From positions 8,196-72,195 of the forward strand of contig CALLBL010000005.1 in the NCBI GenBank assembly GCA_937999345.1: a DNA stretch of 64,000 nucleotides, read 5' to 3'. Each line of letters opens with the position of its first letter. Position 1 is the stretch's first letter. This DNA is from an uncultured Candidatus Altimarinota bacterium (GTDB lineage Bacteria; Patescibacteriota; Gracilibacteria; BD1-5; UBA6164). This document shows positions 1 to 11,779 of this stretch, in pieces. The notes below the pieces were generated by a model. That model was not told the origin of the DNA, ran no database searches, and saw only the letters and a list, made by a program, of their open reading frames with translations. The position numbers and the translations under genes are program-made.

Positions 1-1332
1 TTCAAGCTTTGATTCATATGATCCAAGTCTCATAGTTCCTCATTTGTTTTGTATTTTTTTCTGTTCCTCCATGTAATCTATTACAGGATGGATAGTACTT
101 TTGTTAAATTCTGTAGAATTAGACTTATCTAAATTACACATATTTCTAGCATATTCTATAACAGCTACTTGTAATCATAAGCATATTCATAGATAAGGAA
201 TCATATTCTCTCTCGCAAAGCGAACTGCGTTTATTTTTCACTCTACTCATCTCTCTCAAAATCCTCATGGTACGAGTATGCCGTCGAGTTTTCACTGTTG
301 TCTCTCTTTTTGTAATATATCTGAGAAATCTCAATTTTCTAAGTCTTCTGAGTGTATCCAGTTTAGGTGAACCTTTGCATTATTTGCAACTCATCCATGT
401 ATGAGAGCTTCGCTAATACTTTTATATGTATCTTCAAACTCTGTATATTTTCAGATAATTCATATATTTACTTCTTTTTTAGGAGTAATTATGGTATTTA
501 CCAAACTATTCCACTTTTTTAAATCAGCTCAAGTAGTACCAAGTCATAGAGATTTTATGATGATTTTATCTAAGTTTTGAGATTTGAATAACTCTGGAAC
601 TTGGTATATGCTCTTTGCATCTACGGCTTCAATTACATTATCTATATCTACATCACAAAAATTAGAAATCTTATTTTTTATTTCTTTGCTTATATGTTTT
701 TCTGTCCTACATACGAGTATATCAGGTTGTAAACCATATTCTCTAAGCTTTATAACAGAGTGTTGTATCAGTTTTGTTTTGAGTTCTCATGAGTATTTGA
801 GATAGAGCAGAGGAGCCACGTGAAGGTAGAGTATATTTTCTTTTCCTATATCTTTTTTCATCTGTCTACTTGCTTCTAAGAAAGCTTGGCTTTCGATATC
901 TCATACAGTACCTCCAATCTCGATAATAGTAACGTCATAGTTCTTCGCTACTTTTATGATGTTATCTTTTATCTCATTGGTGATGTGTGGAATAATCTGT
1001 ACGGTTTTTCATAGATATTCTCACTCTCTTTCTTTATTTATGACACTGAGATATACTTTTCCTGATGTGATATTGCTATCGGTAGTAAAGTTTTCACCGG
1101 TAAATCTCTCATAGTTACCGAGATCTAGATCTGTCTCAGCTCCATCTTCAGTTACAAATACTTCTCAGTGTTCGTATGGAGACATAGTTCCTGCATCTAC
1201 CTGAAGATAGGGGTCCATTTTTATCATTCATACTCTTTTTCCAGATGAACCAATCAGTTTTCAAACAGATGCTGAAGTGATTCATTTTCAAAGTCATGAC
1301 ATTGATCAACCGGTAACAAATATTATTTTCAT
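1..1332 (-). CDS. pyrG: CTP synthase, first 444 codons (3' end runs off the window start)
   Basis: Table-25 translation from ATG 1332-1330: [26 protein letters not shown]...[38 protein letters not shown]. Later GILVPGGFGERGVEGKI, LGICLG and GGTMRLG glutaminase motifs. Four TGA codons fall on the invariant Gly of GG..S.LGKG. Confidence 0.95.
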
Positions 1333-1510
1333 TGCTAGAGTAGTGTTAGTGGGTAAGAAAAATGAAAAATAAAAAAAGCTCTCGCAATGGAAATAGTTGT
1401 GCGGAGTTTTTTTTTATCATAGGATGTTGTAAACATACTATAAACAAAAATATTATTTGCAAGAAAATAAAACAGCATATACTAGACTAAATACAATAAC
1501 CTATTTTTAT

Positions 1511-2602
1511 ATGCCAGAAAATAAGACAATCATCCTCCATGACACTTTTCTATACAAATGATGATGAGAAAGACTTATCATGATGATGTGAAAGGCTCTT
1601 GACGCTGATATAGCTTCTGGATTTTTTAGTGAAGGGAGCTTTAATCTCAGGGAGAACTGATTTACTGGAAAAATGATATCAGTATCATCAGAGATTTTTA
1701 AAAAATGATTCAGACATATCAAATTAAAACATGCATTTTTATTTAAAACTTCTTTTTTAAAGGAATATGATAAAGTAGTATTTAGCTGAGATTGTATAAG
1801 TGCAATAAGACAATGTAGCAAAAAAACAAAGAAAATCTACTATTGTCATACTCCACCGAGATATCTATATGATCTTCATTATCTATATTTACAAAAGGTA
1901 CCATTTCTCATAAAGCCCGTTTTCAAGATCTTTTGCGCGGTATTTAAATACATGTATGAAAAAGACATATCAAAACTTGATATGATTCTCACGAATTCAA
2001 TCAACACACAAAAAAGAATAAAAGAATTTCTCGACATAGATTCAGAAATCCTCTACCCCCCTGTTGATATGAAGCAGTTTCAGTTTATATGACAAGAAGA
2101 CTATTATCTCAGTTTTGCGAGACTTGCTGATGCTAAGAGGGTAGATAGGATAGTTCAGGCTTTCAAACAAATGCCAGATAAAAAACTCATAGTTATATAT
2201 GGAGAAAATGATCCAGCGAAACAAAAGATATTTGATCTCGCAGAGGGGAGTGATAATATACAGTTTATCACACTCAAAAATAATGTAGGTTTTACTGATT
2301 ATGTTGGAAATGCTATTGCAACTATCTATATACCGATAGATGAAGACTTTGGGATGAGCCCAGTAGAAAGTATGTCAGCTGGAAAGCCTGTTATTTGAGT
2401 TGACGATTGAGGACTCAGAGAGAGTATCGTCCATGAGAAAACATGACTATTGATAGAAAAAGAAGCTCATATAGATGATATAATTGCAGCTGTGAAAAAA
2501 ATAACTTCCAAGAAAGCTCTTTCTATGAAAGATGATTGTGAAAAAAGAGCTCGTGATTTTAGTTTAAAAAGCTTTGAAAAGAAATTAAAAAAATTAATAT
2601 AG
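1511..2602 (+). CDS. Glycosyltransferase, GT-B fold family 1/GT4 type
   Basis: MPENKTIILHDTFLYKGGGERL...YCHTPPRYLYD...ILYPPVD...FARLADAKRVDRIVQAF...EDFGMSPVESMSAGKPVIGVDDGGLRESI. Continuous only with TGA=Gly. Frame checked codon by codon from 1511 to TAG 2600-2602. Confidence 0.85.
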
Positions 2603-2607
2603 GATAT

Positions 2608-4104
2608 ATGAATAATATAAAATATTGGCAAGAAAAAATACAAGAAAAAAGAAAGCAAACTACTTTTCGAGATTTTATAATGGATATTGCGAGTTGGCAA
2701 CCAATAGTCTTTCATAAATCATCATGAATGGTATCGCGTTTTCCAGAAACTGATAGAATGAAAGAGGTTATTAAATACTCTGATTATTATAAACAGGATT
2801 CAACAGAATATCTCTATGGTATAGATTATGATGATTCAAAAAATATCTTTCAAAACTATGCTGATCTCAGAAAGCATGTGAAGGGAATTAATATGATTAA
2901 TTTTTTTAATAGCGAAAATAGCGAATATGCTGATGTTGTCAGTAAATGAAAAAATATTTATCTTTCAGCTTTTATAGTAAATGGGGATGAAGATGTAATG
3001 TATAGTTTTTGAGTAAACGACGAATCAAAGCGTATTTTAAATAGTGCTATTATCTCTGATCATAGCGAGAATGTATATTTTTCACTTGCAGTACAGCATT
3101 CATTTAAAGTTTTTTATTCGAGATATATCAATAATAGTTCTGATATATGGTTTTCAACCAATCTCCTTTGATGTACTCACTGTATAGCTTGTCATGATCT
3201 AGAAAATAAATCATATCATATAGAAAATGTGGAATACTCAAAAGATGAGTACATGAAAAAAAGAGATGAATATCTCCAAGATAAAAATCCATATCATGCT
3301 AGATATCTTTCTCTCGTGAGTAATGCTTGAAAACATCTAGCAAGCTCAAATATAACATGATCATACTGAGTAGAATCAGAGGATATAGAGTCAGCACATT
3401 TTACATATAGAATTTCAGGAGGAAAAAATGTATTTAACGTATGATGATTTGAATGATGCCAAAATATATATGATGTTTTTGATGGATGAGGTCCTTCTCT
3501 TCAAGATATATATGCTGTTAATGGTATAGCTATAAATTCTGAAAACTGTTATACGAGCTGTCATGTGCCAAATTGTAATACGGTTTTCTATAGCTATTAT
3601 CTCGAATCATGTTCATATTGTATCTGATGTATAGGACTTCAAAATAAATCCTATTGTATACTCAATAAACAATATACTAAAGAAGAGTGGGAGATATTAG
3701 CTCATAAGATATTTACTCAAATGGAGTCAGAATGAATTCTGTGAGAGTTTTTTCCATGAGAACTGAATCCATTTTACTTTAATGATACTATGGCTGGTAT
3801 TCTTGGTAACTTTACTCAAGATGAAGTAGAATCACAAGGATACATGTGGAGAGACCAAGAAATAAAAGTGGATATACCAGAGAATGCTGATGTAATATCT
3901 GTTGCTGATTTAAAGCATTATCAATCATATGATGACTGAAGGTGGAATATAAATCCAAGTATTCTGAAAAAAGTGATACAGGATGAAAAAGGAAATTATT
4001 ACAGAATCGTACATATGGAGTATGACTTTTTAATGAATTATTGACTCCCTCTTCCAGAGATTCATTGGCTTGATAGGATGAAGCTCAATTTATGAATTAA
4101 ATAA
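2608..4104 (+). CDS. Cys-rich hypothetical protein (repeated CxxC...N-K-S-Y-x-I motifs), 498 aa
   Basis: Frame verified across the whole span (about 24 in-frame TGA, no TAA/TAG). Repeats such as LGCTHCIACHDLENKSYHIENVEY and SCSYCIGCIGLQNKSYCILNKQY. No family recognised. Confidence 0.7.
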
Positions 4105-4110
4105 TTAAAA

Positions 4111-4136
4111 AAAGACCTCAAGCGAGGTCTTTTTTT
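4111..4136. terminator. Bidirectional intrinsic terminator between convergent genes
   Basis: AAAGACCTC-AAGC-GAGGTCTTT hairpin flanked by an A-run and a T-run. Confidence 0.7.
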
Positions 4137-4147
4137 ATATTAATTTT

Positions 4148-4498
4148 TTATGCCATAGCTGCTAATGCTTCAGCTTCAGTTTCTACAGTCGGAATAATAG
4201 TAGTGATACCAACGAGTTCAAGTACATCTTTTACTCCTTCGTCACAGTCACTGATATACATAACTCCATCATTATCTTCGATGTTTGAAAATACATCAGC
4301 TATGTAACCAATAGATTTTGAGTTGAGATATTTTAATCCTTTCAAGTTGAATAGGAGTTTTGTATCTGAGAAATCTCCTATTTGTTCATATACAGAAGTA
4401 AAAGTCTTATCTGCATTGGTTTCATCAAGTTCACCTGCAAATTCAAATACGACTACTGAACCTTCTTGTCTTTTTTGTATTTCTATTAACGTTTCCAT
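4148..4498 (-). CDS. STAS-domain protein (anti-sigma-factor antagonist, SpoIIAA-like)
   Basis: Intact 116-aa ORF without TGA. VVVFEFAGELDETNAD...LLFNLKGLKYLNSKSIGYI...DVLELVGI has the STAS/SpoIIAA layout. No partner kinase or anti-sigma gene nearby. Confidence 0.75.
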   Translation of the reverse strand: METLIEIQKRQEGSVVVFEFAGELDETNADKTFTSVYEQIGDFSDTKLLFNLKGLKYLNSKSIGYIADVFSNIEDNDGVMYISDCDEGVKDVLELVGITTIIPTVETEAEALAAMA

Positions 4499-4583
4499 GT
4501 ATTAAAGTTTTACTTAAATAATAGTTATGTGTATATTATATACCAAATAAATATTTTAAGCAAATTTTAGCCGAGTTTAAAAA

Positions 4584-5003
4584 ATGAGTATGAAAAAGAG
4601 ATATAATTTAGATCAAATACAAGATCTTGAGATTGATATAAAATTGCCAAGTATTGTGTTCTTGAAGTGAGGCTTATGAGCCGGAAAAACAACCCTTTCA
4701 CAGCATATTATCAGGGATATGTATAGTATTACTAGTGATATAACTTCTCCTACTTATACGTATTATAACAAGTATATATCAGAGAGGGGAGAGATATACC
4801 ATTTTGACCTATACAGGATTTCTGATTATGAAGAATTTATTTATATATGATGAGAAGAAATTCTCGATAATAATACTGGCCTGATACTGATTGAGTGGCC
4901 AGATATTCTCAAAGATACCTATGAAGCTGATATAACTATCGACATATCAATCACATGAAATGCAAATGAAAGAGAATTATCTATAACAAAAAGAGGAGAA
5001 TAA
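4584..5003 (+). CDS. tsaE: tRNA t6A biosynthesis ATPase TsaE (YjeE)
   Basis: VFLKGGLGAGKTTLSQ...SPTYTYYNKY...IYHFDLYRI...LILIEWPD are the TsaE signature motifs. The stop lies inside the hairpin AGAGGAGA-ATAAA-TCTCCTCT followed by a T-run. Confidence 0.85.
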
Positions 5004-5029
5004 ATCTCCTCTTTTTTATTTGATGATTA

Positions 5030-6541
5030 CTACTCTTCTTCGATACTCTTGATCACTTCCTTGAATCTCAGATACTCAGTGATTCTCAGTCACGTAAATC
5101 TTCACATGATAAAGTTAGCTGGAGCTAAAAGTATAATAATCTCAGGATATGCGAGTATAAATACTTGAACAAAACCAATAGTGAATATGAGATAAGCAAA
5201 TATAGCGATGATAAAAGTGTTTACGAGGTTATTTTTGTATTCTCTAAATTCTTTTGAAACTATCACATTTATAAGTCTCTCTGAAACAATAATAAAGAGT
5301 ATGATGTATATGGTATCGCTGAGGTTTACATCGAGGATAGAGTACTTAAATAGTAGATTCATAATAGCAGTAAATAAGACAATATTTATAACAATAATGA
5401 AACTAATTTTTGGTGTATATAAGAGTGTTTGCTTGCTAATAAGCTTACTAATACCAAGGTTTATAAACAGGAGAGAAGCCATAACAACCGTAGAAGCTAG
5501 TGCTCATACTTTGAAAAATAGTACTGAAAATAATACCGTAATGATAAGTCACATAGGAGAGATTCAAATCAAGTGCTTAAAGAAACTCACCAGTGTGAAT
5601 AAAAATGGCAAAAGAATCAATATATATATATCACTTGTGCTAAAACCTTTGTTTGAGAGATTATTAATAAACTTTGAAACAAACATAACTTCACTGACAT
5701 CATTTCCAGGTTCTATTTTGAGGAAATCATATCCATTATTTTGTAGTTCGCTTTCCAGCATGTTCGTACTAGCTGGGTTTTTAACGATTTGAAATTTGAT
5801 AGAATCGTTCATGATTACTACGTTTCATATCGAGTTTTTATTTGATACAAAGTTGTTGAGATAGTTTTTGAGTATATTCGTATTAAATCCTGATATCGCT
5901 ACTATATTGAGTTTTTTATCTGTAGCTATATTGAGCGTATTTATTTTAGAAAGCACTGAAAAAATGAATTCTTTTTCTCACCATATTCAAATATAATCAG
6001 AAGTCGATGAGCTATATCATTTATATTTTGAAAGCATTTCTGAAAAATCAGTATCAAGCAACTCTTTTTCTTTGTACACTCACATATTATGCATATATAC
6101 TCCTGATTGACCTGCTACTTCTATGAAATCGTCTATTTTTTGTTGATCTATTTTATCACTGAATATAAATGGAACACTAACATCATAAACAAAAGCATCT
6201 ATTTGAGAGCTTTGTATAAATCTCTTTTCCCCAGTCTCGTTTGAAAATATACTGAGATTTATTTCCTTTTTTCATGTTTTATCAAAACTCTTTTCAAATA
6301 CTTCTCCCGAGAAAGTTTCTTCTCATTCAGAGCTCCACTCTAAAACTATATTTTCCTCATCAAATGTATTTTTTACTTCGCTGAGATCTATTTTTAGCGT
6401 TTCTTCGAGGGAAATGTTTTTCTTGTATTCAAATATATTTTCATTAATAACCAGGTTATCAGCTGATACGCTTTGCGTCATCAGCATGATACAGATAGCG
6501 AGTATACAAGTATATATTTTTTTCAGTACTGAACTTTTCAT
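5030..6541 (-). CDS. Secreted-domain plus multi-pass membrane protein (possibly the 7TM domain type that is usually fused to an inactive transglutaminase)
   Basis: Signal peptide MKSSVLKKIYTCILAICIMLMTQSVSA, then a ~300-aa external region, then about 7 hydrophobic helices and C-terminal GRFTGLRITEYLRFKEV. No TAA/TAG found between 5033 and 6541 in frame. The family guess rests only on my memory of the C-terminal motif. Confidence 0.6.
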
Positions 6542-6543
6542 AA

Positions 6544-8013
6544 TTATCTTCTTTTTAGGGTAGTAAATGTTTTTAGTATTATCTTTATATCGAGTATAAG
6601 ACTCCAATTTTCTATGTAGAATATATCTAGTTTTGCTTCTTTCACAAAATTATTTTCAGCCCTTCAGTTTACTTGAGCCATTCCAGTGATTCCTGGTTTG
6701 ATAGTAAGAAGTCTTTTTTGATAGAGTTCATATTTTTTTACTTCTCTGGGTTGGTGTGGTCTTGGCCCAACGAGACTCATCTGGCCAAGTAATACATTGA
6801 AAAACTGTGGAAGTTCATCGATGGAGTACTTTTCTATATAGGTTCAGATTTTTGTTTTACGTGGATCATTTTTGATTTTATAAAGTGGTCCATCTCTTGC
6901 GTCATTTTCCTTGATGAGTTTTTGTTCATACTTCAGTGCTGGATCTTTTTTATTTTCTATTCAGTAGGCTTCTTTTATACAGTATTCCCATTTGAGATAT
7001 CGAAACTTATAGAGAAAAAAGCTCGTTCAGTTTTGTCCTATTCTTGTATTTTTATATATGATTGGAGCTCTTGGATCTTCTAGCTTGGTTATGATGGCTA
7101 TGATAATCATAAGTGGGCCAAATATAATAATTCATAATAGGCTTCAGACGATATCTGCAGCTCTTTTAATGACTCTTCACCAGTTATCCAGAGGGGTGTT
7201 TTTTATTTCTATTACTGGGATATTATTGATAAGCGACATAGTAGTGTTGGCAGCTGTTACGTCAAAGACATTGGTTACATATCTATATCTGATGCCAAAT
7301 ATCTTACTGAGATTCCAGATTCCAAGTAGCTCTTTTTTTGTAAAATCACTATCTATATGAAGGATTTCGTCACATTTTCAGTTTTGTATGAGTTTTTCTG
7401 TCTTTTCTATTCATCAGAGGTATTTTACCTTGTTTTTGAGATTTTTTGTATTTACATATCAAGTTATTTCATATATGCCAGAGTTTTTGATATCTTCTAA
7501 AAAAGGAATGAGTTTTTTAGAGTCTTTATTACTAATAAGCAGGAGTTTTCTTTTTGGTATGATGTTTTTTGTGAGCATATACCTTTGTACATTATTGAGA
7601 AAAATCCTTTCAAGGATAACTCCAAGCGTAGCAAATATAAACGTAAAAAATATAATAAGTCTTGGTATTTCAACTCAGGTATAAATAATACCATTTCAGA
7701 GGTAGACTCAGACAGCAAAGAATAAAAACCAATATATACCATACCTAATGATATCAAGAAATTCTTTTACTTTAGAGTGAATTATTTTGATATTATAGAG
7801 TCAGTGGGTAGAAAATAAAAATACATACAAAAGAGCTCATAAAAGAGCAAAATAAACTAGATTTTCAACTTCTATCGTTTGTATAGGAAGGTTTATTCAA
7901 GGTATGAGGTCTGTGATGAGCCTGAGTTTACGAGCAAGAAAAAAACACAAAAATACTATCGCAAAGTCCAAAGGAACTTTTACAGCACTGAAAAGTATCT
8001 CGTGTTTTTTCAT
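6544..8013 (-). CDS. Polyprenyl-phosphate sugar-phosphate transferase (bacterial sugar transferase, WbaP/exopolysaccharide priming type)
   Basis: C-terminal [27 protein letters not shown]...[46 protein letters not shown]-terminal TM helices. Its TAA lies 2 nt before the next ATG. Confidence 0.9.
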
Positions 8014-8147
8014 AGGTTATTTTGCCTCTCAGCTCTAGGTTTTTATATTACTATACAGTATTTTAACATTTTTTTTTTAATTGCAAATACATCCTTTTTT
8101 TATATTATTTAAAACGATAAAAACTATTTATATTTTCTCTTATATTT

Positions 8148-9311
8148 ATGAAAAATATTTGCGTACGCTTCTTGCATTTGCTTAAAAATATTGGTACTGA
8201 TGTGCTATTTCTTTATAAAAATTTCTTCCATTGGAATATATCTAAATTCCTTATTTTGATAGCCTCTTTTGTAGTCGGATTATTATTATCACTACCATTT
8301 TTTATCTTGCTTCTCATCCTTGCACTTATAGATCCTATAGAGTGGTCAAAAGTAATGTTTTCAGATATTAATATATATATGAGTATAGCTCAGTATATTG
8401 CTATACATCCTTTTTATCTACTTGCAGAATTCATTCTTTTTGTGATTTGAGTTGCTCTTTTATTTTTATGAATGAGCTATCATATTATATTGGAATCAAA
8501 TCTTTATCTTCATTATTTTAAAAAAGAAAAACTTCCTGTTAAGAAAAACTTCTATTTTGATGCATCAAAGATATATACATATTTTGGCATCTTGTCTTGG
8601 CTACTCGCATATTTGATGCTACCTATTTTAGTTTTACTCTGAGTTTTTATTGTACTTTTTATTGGATTTAAGTTTTTCTTCTTACCTGAGATTCTCCTTT
8701 CTGTTATATTATTTATAGCTCTTGCTATATGTGCCGTTTGGTTTTTATACCTTTCGTACAGAATTAGTTTCGCTTACTTAGTATTTGTAGATCAAGTCGA
8801 TGAAAATGAACCTCAAAAATCTAGATCATACGTACAAAAATCTCTCGCTCTCACTTCATGAAAAGTATTTTTTAAATTCTTTAGTATTATTATTATATTT
8901 ACGATTTTGCTCGCACCAATAAATCTAATAGGAGCAAATATGGAAAATAATATTAATGAAATAAGAAATTATTTCTGATATAAATCTGGGCAAGTACAGA
9001 TAGTAGATGAATCTGATCAATTTGAGTATGAATATTTAAGATGACTCTTTTCTGAAAAAACTGATGATGAGCTTATCTCTGATTTACAAACGCTCTATTT
9101 CCAGCAGGTTGTCTATACACTATTATTCTTTTTGCTATGTAGTTGAGTACTTACTATGATTATGACTTCTTTTTACAAGCGTGCTCTCGTGATGCAATGG
9201 TCAAAAGTGAAAAAAGAAGATAAAAAAGAAAAGAAGAATGAAAAATTAAAAAATATAAAAGAAGAGAAGAGTACAAAAAAGAAAGACAAAACTGACAAAA
9301 AAAAGAAATAA
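8148..9311 (+). CDS. Multi-pass membrane protein with lysine-rich C-terminal tail
   Basis: 387-aa table-25 ORF with several long hydrophobic segments. Tail is KVKKEDKKEKKNEKLKNIKEEKSTKKKDKTDKKKK. Confidence 0.65.
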
Positions 9312-9329
9312 TTTATTAAAAATATACAC

Positions 9330-10130
9330 GTGAAAATACTTGCCTTTGGCGACGTATACTGAAGAGTATGAAGAAAAGCCCTCAAAAAAGAACTCCCAGG
9401 ATTACAGGAAAAATACAATCCTGATTTTATTATAGTGAATGTAGATAATATCACTTCATGAAGATGAGCTGTAGACCACCATGTCGAAGAGCTCAATGCT
9501 ATATGAGTCGATATCATGACGGGAGGGGATCATATATATGATAATTTTTCTCATATAAAGTCATACCTCCAATCAGATAATACCAACCTACTAGTACCAG
9601 CCAATACCTATGAAACTGATACAGGTATCTGATTTAAAGTCTTTGAAAAAAACTGAAAAAGACTTCTGGTTATACACTTGATGTGAAATGTCTTTGTGAG
9701 AGATAATCTTTATAATCCATTTCTCAAAGCAGATGAGATACTCGCGCTTGACCATGGTCATCTCGATGGAATCGTGGTTGATTTTCACAAAGAAGCTACT
9801 TCTGAGATATATGGTCTTGCTATGTATCTAGATGGAAGAATAAGTAGTATATTTTGAACACATACACACGTACAGACCAATGATGAACAAATCCTGCCGA
9901 AATGAACCGGGATGATGTGTGATATCGGTATGGTATGACCTCTTTACACTGTTATTGGGGCTACATTTGATTCAGTGAAAAACAGATTTTTAACTGGTAT
10001 CAATAAATGAAAAATAGAACAAGGTCTTTGAAAAGATTATGTACTTGGGTGAATGTATACAGAAATAGATCCATCGACTATGAAGTCTACTCATATAGAG
10101 AAAATAAGAATTCAGTGAACTACCATATAA
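9330..10130 (+). CDS. YmdB-family metallophosphoesterase (2',3'-cyclic-nucleotide phosphodiesterase-like)
   Basis: GTG start. VKILAFGDVYGRVGRKAL...PDFIIVNVDNITSGRG...IMTGGDHIYD...VDFHKEATSE...[29 protein letters not shown] matches the YmdB calcineurin-like pattern. Confidence 0.85.
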
Positions 10131-10145
10131 ATAAAAACAAATACT

Positions 10146-11393
10146 ATGTATAACGATTATAAAAAAAAGCAAAGATGATTCTCTCTCACAGAGATTATTT
10201 TAGTAGTTTCTATACTCATGATACTTGGTTCTATAGCTATATCAGCTTATAGTGTACACACGAGAACTGCTAGAGACGCGAGCAGAATCAAACAATCCCA
10301 AGAAGTAGCAGATGCTTTTGATATATATGCAGTATCAAAAAAGCTCCCTCAACCTGAAGATGCTGTTGATGTCTTGGTAAATGGTACACTCGTGTGATAT
10401 CAGTGATACGCTTCTGAGGAAATACTGGCAAGACTGAATTTTTTTAATGGTGGACTTGATCCTCTTGATAGAAACTATAAAAATAGAAGAAAGAAAAATC
10501 CTTATACATACTACCTTACAAAAGACTTAAAAAATGCTCAACTCTTGGTCTTTTTAGAGGATAGTAGTAATATAATATCATTTCTTCCAGAGGCTCATGC
10601 AGCTGATTATTCAAATAGAATACCAAAAGTTTCTGGGAAAAAGCTAGGAGTCCTTACTCACAATACTCTCAATACCCCAATTCAAGAAATAGATACTATC
10701 AGGGCTGCAGGAGAACTGGATATAGGTATAACTACCAATTTTTATACAGCTCATATCTCTGATGATAGAAAAATAACTGGAAATTTTAACCAGCTCGCAG
10801 CATCGACTCCTTTTGCAAGTTGTAGGAGAATAGCAGAATCATGAAAGAGATCAGGATGAAATAAAATGTATAGGATAAATCCCGATGGGAATGAATATAT
10901 AGACGTGTATTGTGATATGGATATAGCCAATGGATGATGGATGCTCATCGGTTCTAAGTCATCTGCGTGAGACCAAGAGAAGTGAAATCTCTGAACTGTT
11001 CGTGTTACAGAGGGGAGTAATGCAAATGTAAGTATTCCAAACGATCAAATATTGAATTGATTTACTGAAGCTATGGCATGTTCTTCTGAAAATTGTTGGA
11101 AATGGGATATGTCCGATGTATTTCGTGAATGTATTCGTAGTAATTGCTATACCCCTGAAAGTGATATAAATAATCTTGTGAGAGTAAAGTGAACGAGTTG
11201 ATTTTCTCTCTGAACTACTGATACAATCAAATATAATGATGCATCAAGTTTAGAATATATGTTTTCTCTCTACAATACTGGAACTTCTTTCTCATCACCA
11301 GCTCTATGAGCGTGGAGTGATAGAGTAGACGCTGACTGAGATGGAACATGATCATGGTGAGTCAGGGATCAGTGGCATTTATATATAAGATAA
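10146..11393 (+). CDS. Type IV pilin-like protein fused to a fibrinogen-related (YCDM...GGW) C-terminal domain
   Basis: Class III signal KKQRG/FSLTEIILVVSILMILGSIAISAY (Gly -1, Glu +5). C-terminal CRRIAESGKRSGGNKMYRINPDGNEYIDVYCDMDIANGGWMLIG. Start, internal ORF 10545 and stop are all in one frame. Confidence 0.75.
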
Positions 11394-11398
11394 TAACT

Positions 11399-11773
11399 AT
11401 GAAAAAAAAATTTCTCATCTTCGTACTCTTTGCGATATTTGTCTTGAGTTTTGTGACTTTTTTGATGATTATAAACTATCTGGATCCCTATGAAAATAAA
11501 GTGATAGCAATAATATCTATGGCTATTGCATTTTTCTTTTCTATGATGAGTGTATCTACACTTTTTTTATACGCATTTAAAAAAATCTACTTCAGATGAC
11601 AGGTATATCTCCATCATCTCATGACGAGTTTTAGACAGGGGGTCATGATTGCGATATTTTGATTATGACTCGGTATATTTTCGTCTATAGGAGCTCCTAT
11701 TTTTGTCTCTTGATTCTTGTTATTTATTATTTTGATTTGTATTGAGCTTTTTATAAAAAACATGGAAGCATAG
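11399..11773 (+). CDS. Small membrane protein (124 aa, about 4 TM)
   Basis: MKKKFLIFVLFAIFVLSFVTFLMII... Hydrophobic throughout. Follows the pilin gene after 5 nt. Confidence 0.6.
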
Positions 11774-11779
11774 TCAATC

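Noticed and set aside
1371-1415. Hairpin plus T9 (GCTCTCGCA...TGCGGAG TTTTTTTTT) between divergent pyrG and the glycosyltransferase gene
   Set aside because: The stem is imperfect and there is no upstream gene to terminate. It could be an attenuator or small RNA, but the evidence is too thin.
5208-5792. 194-aa plus-strand ORF from the track
   Set aside because: It lies antisense to the verified 7TM membrane-protein gene (5030-6541, minus). It is low-complexity and Ile/Leu/Ser-rich, typical of an AT-rich antisense artefact.
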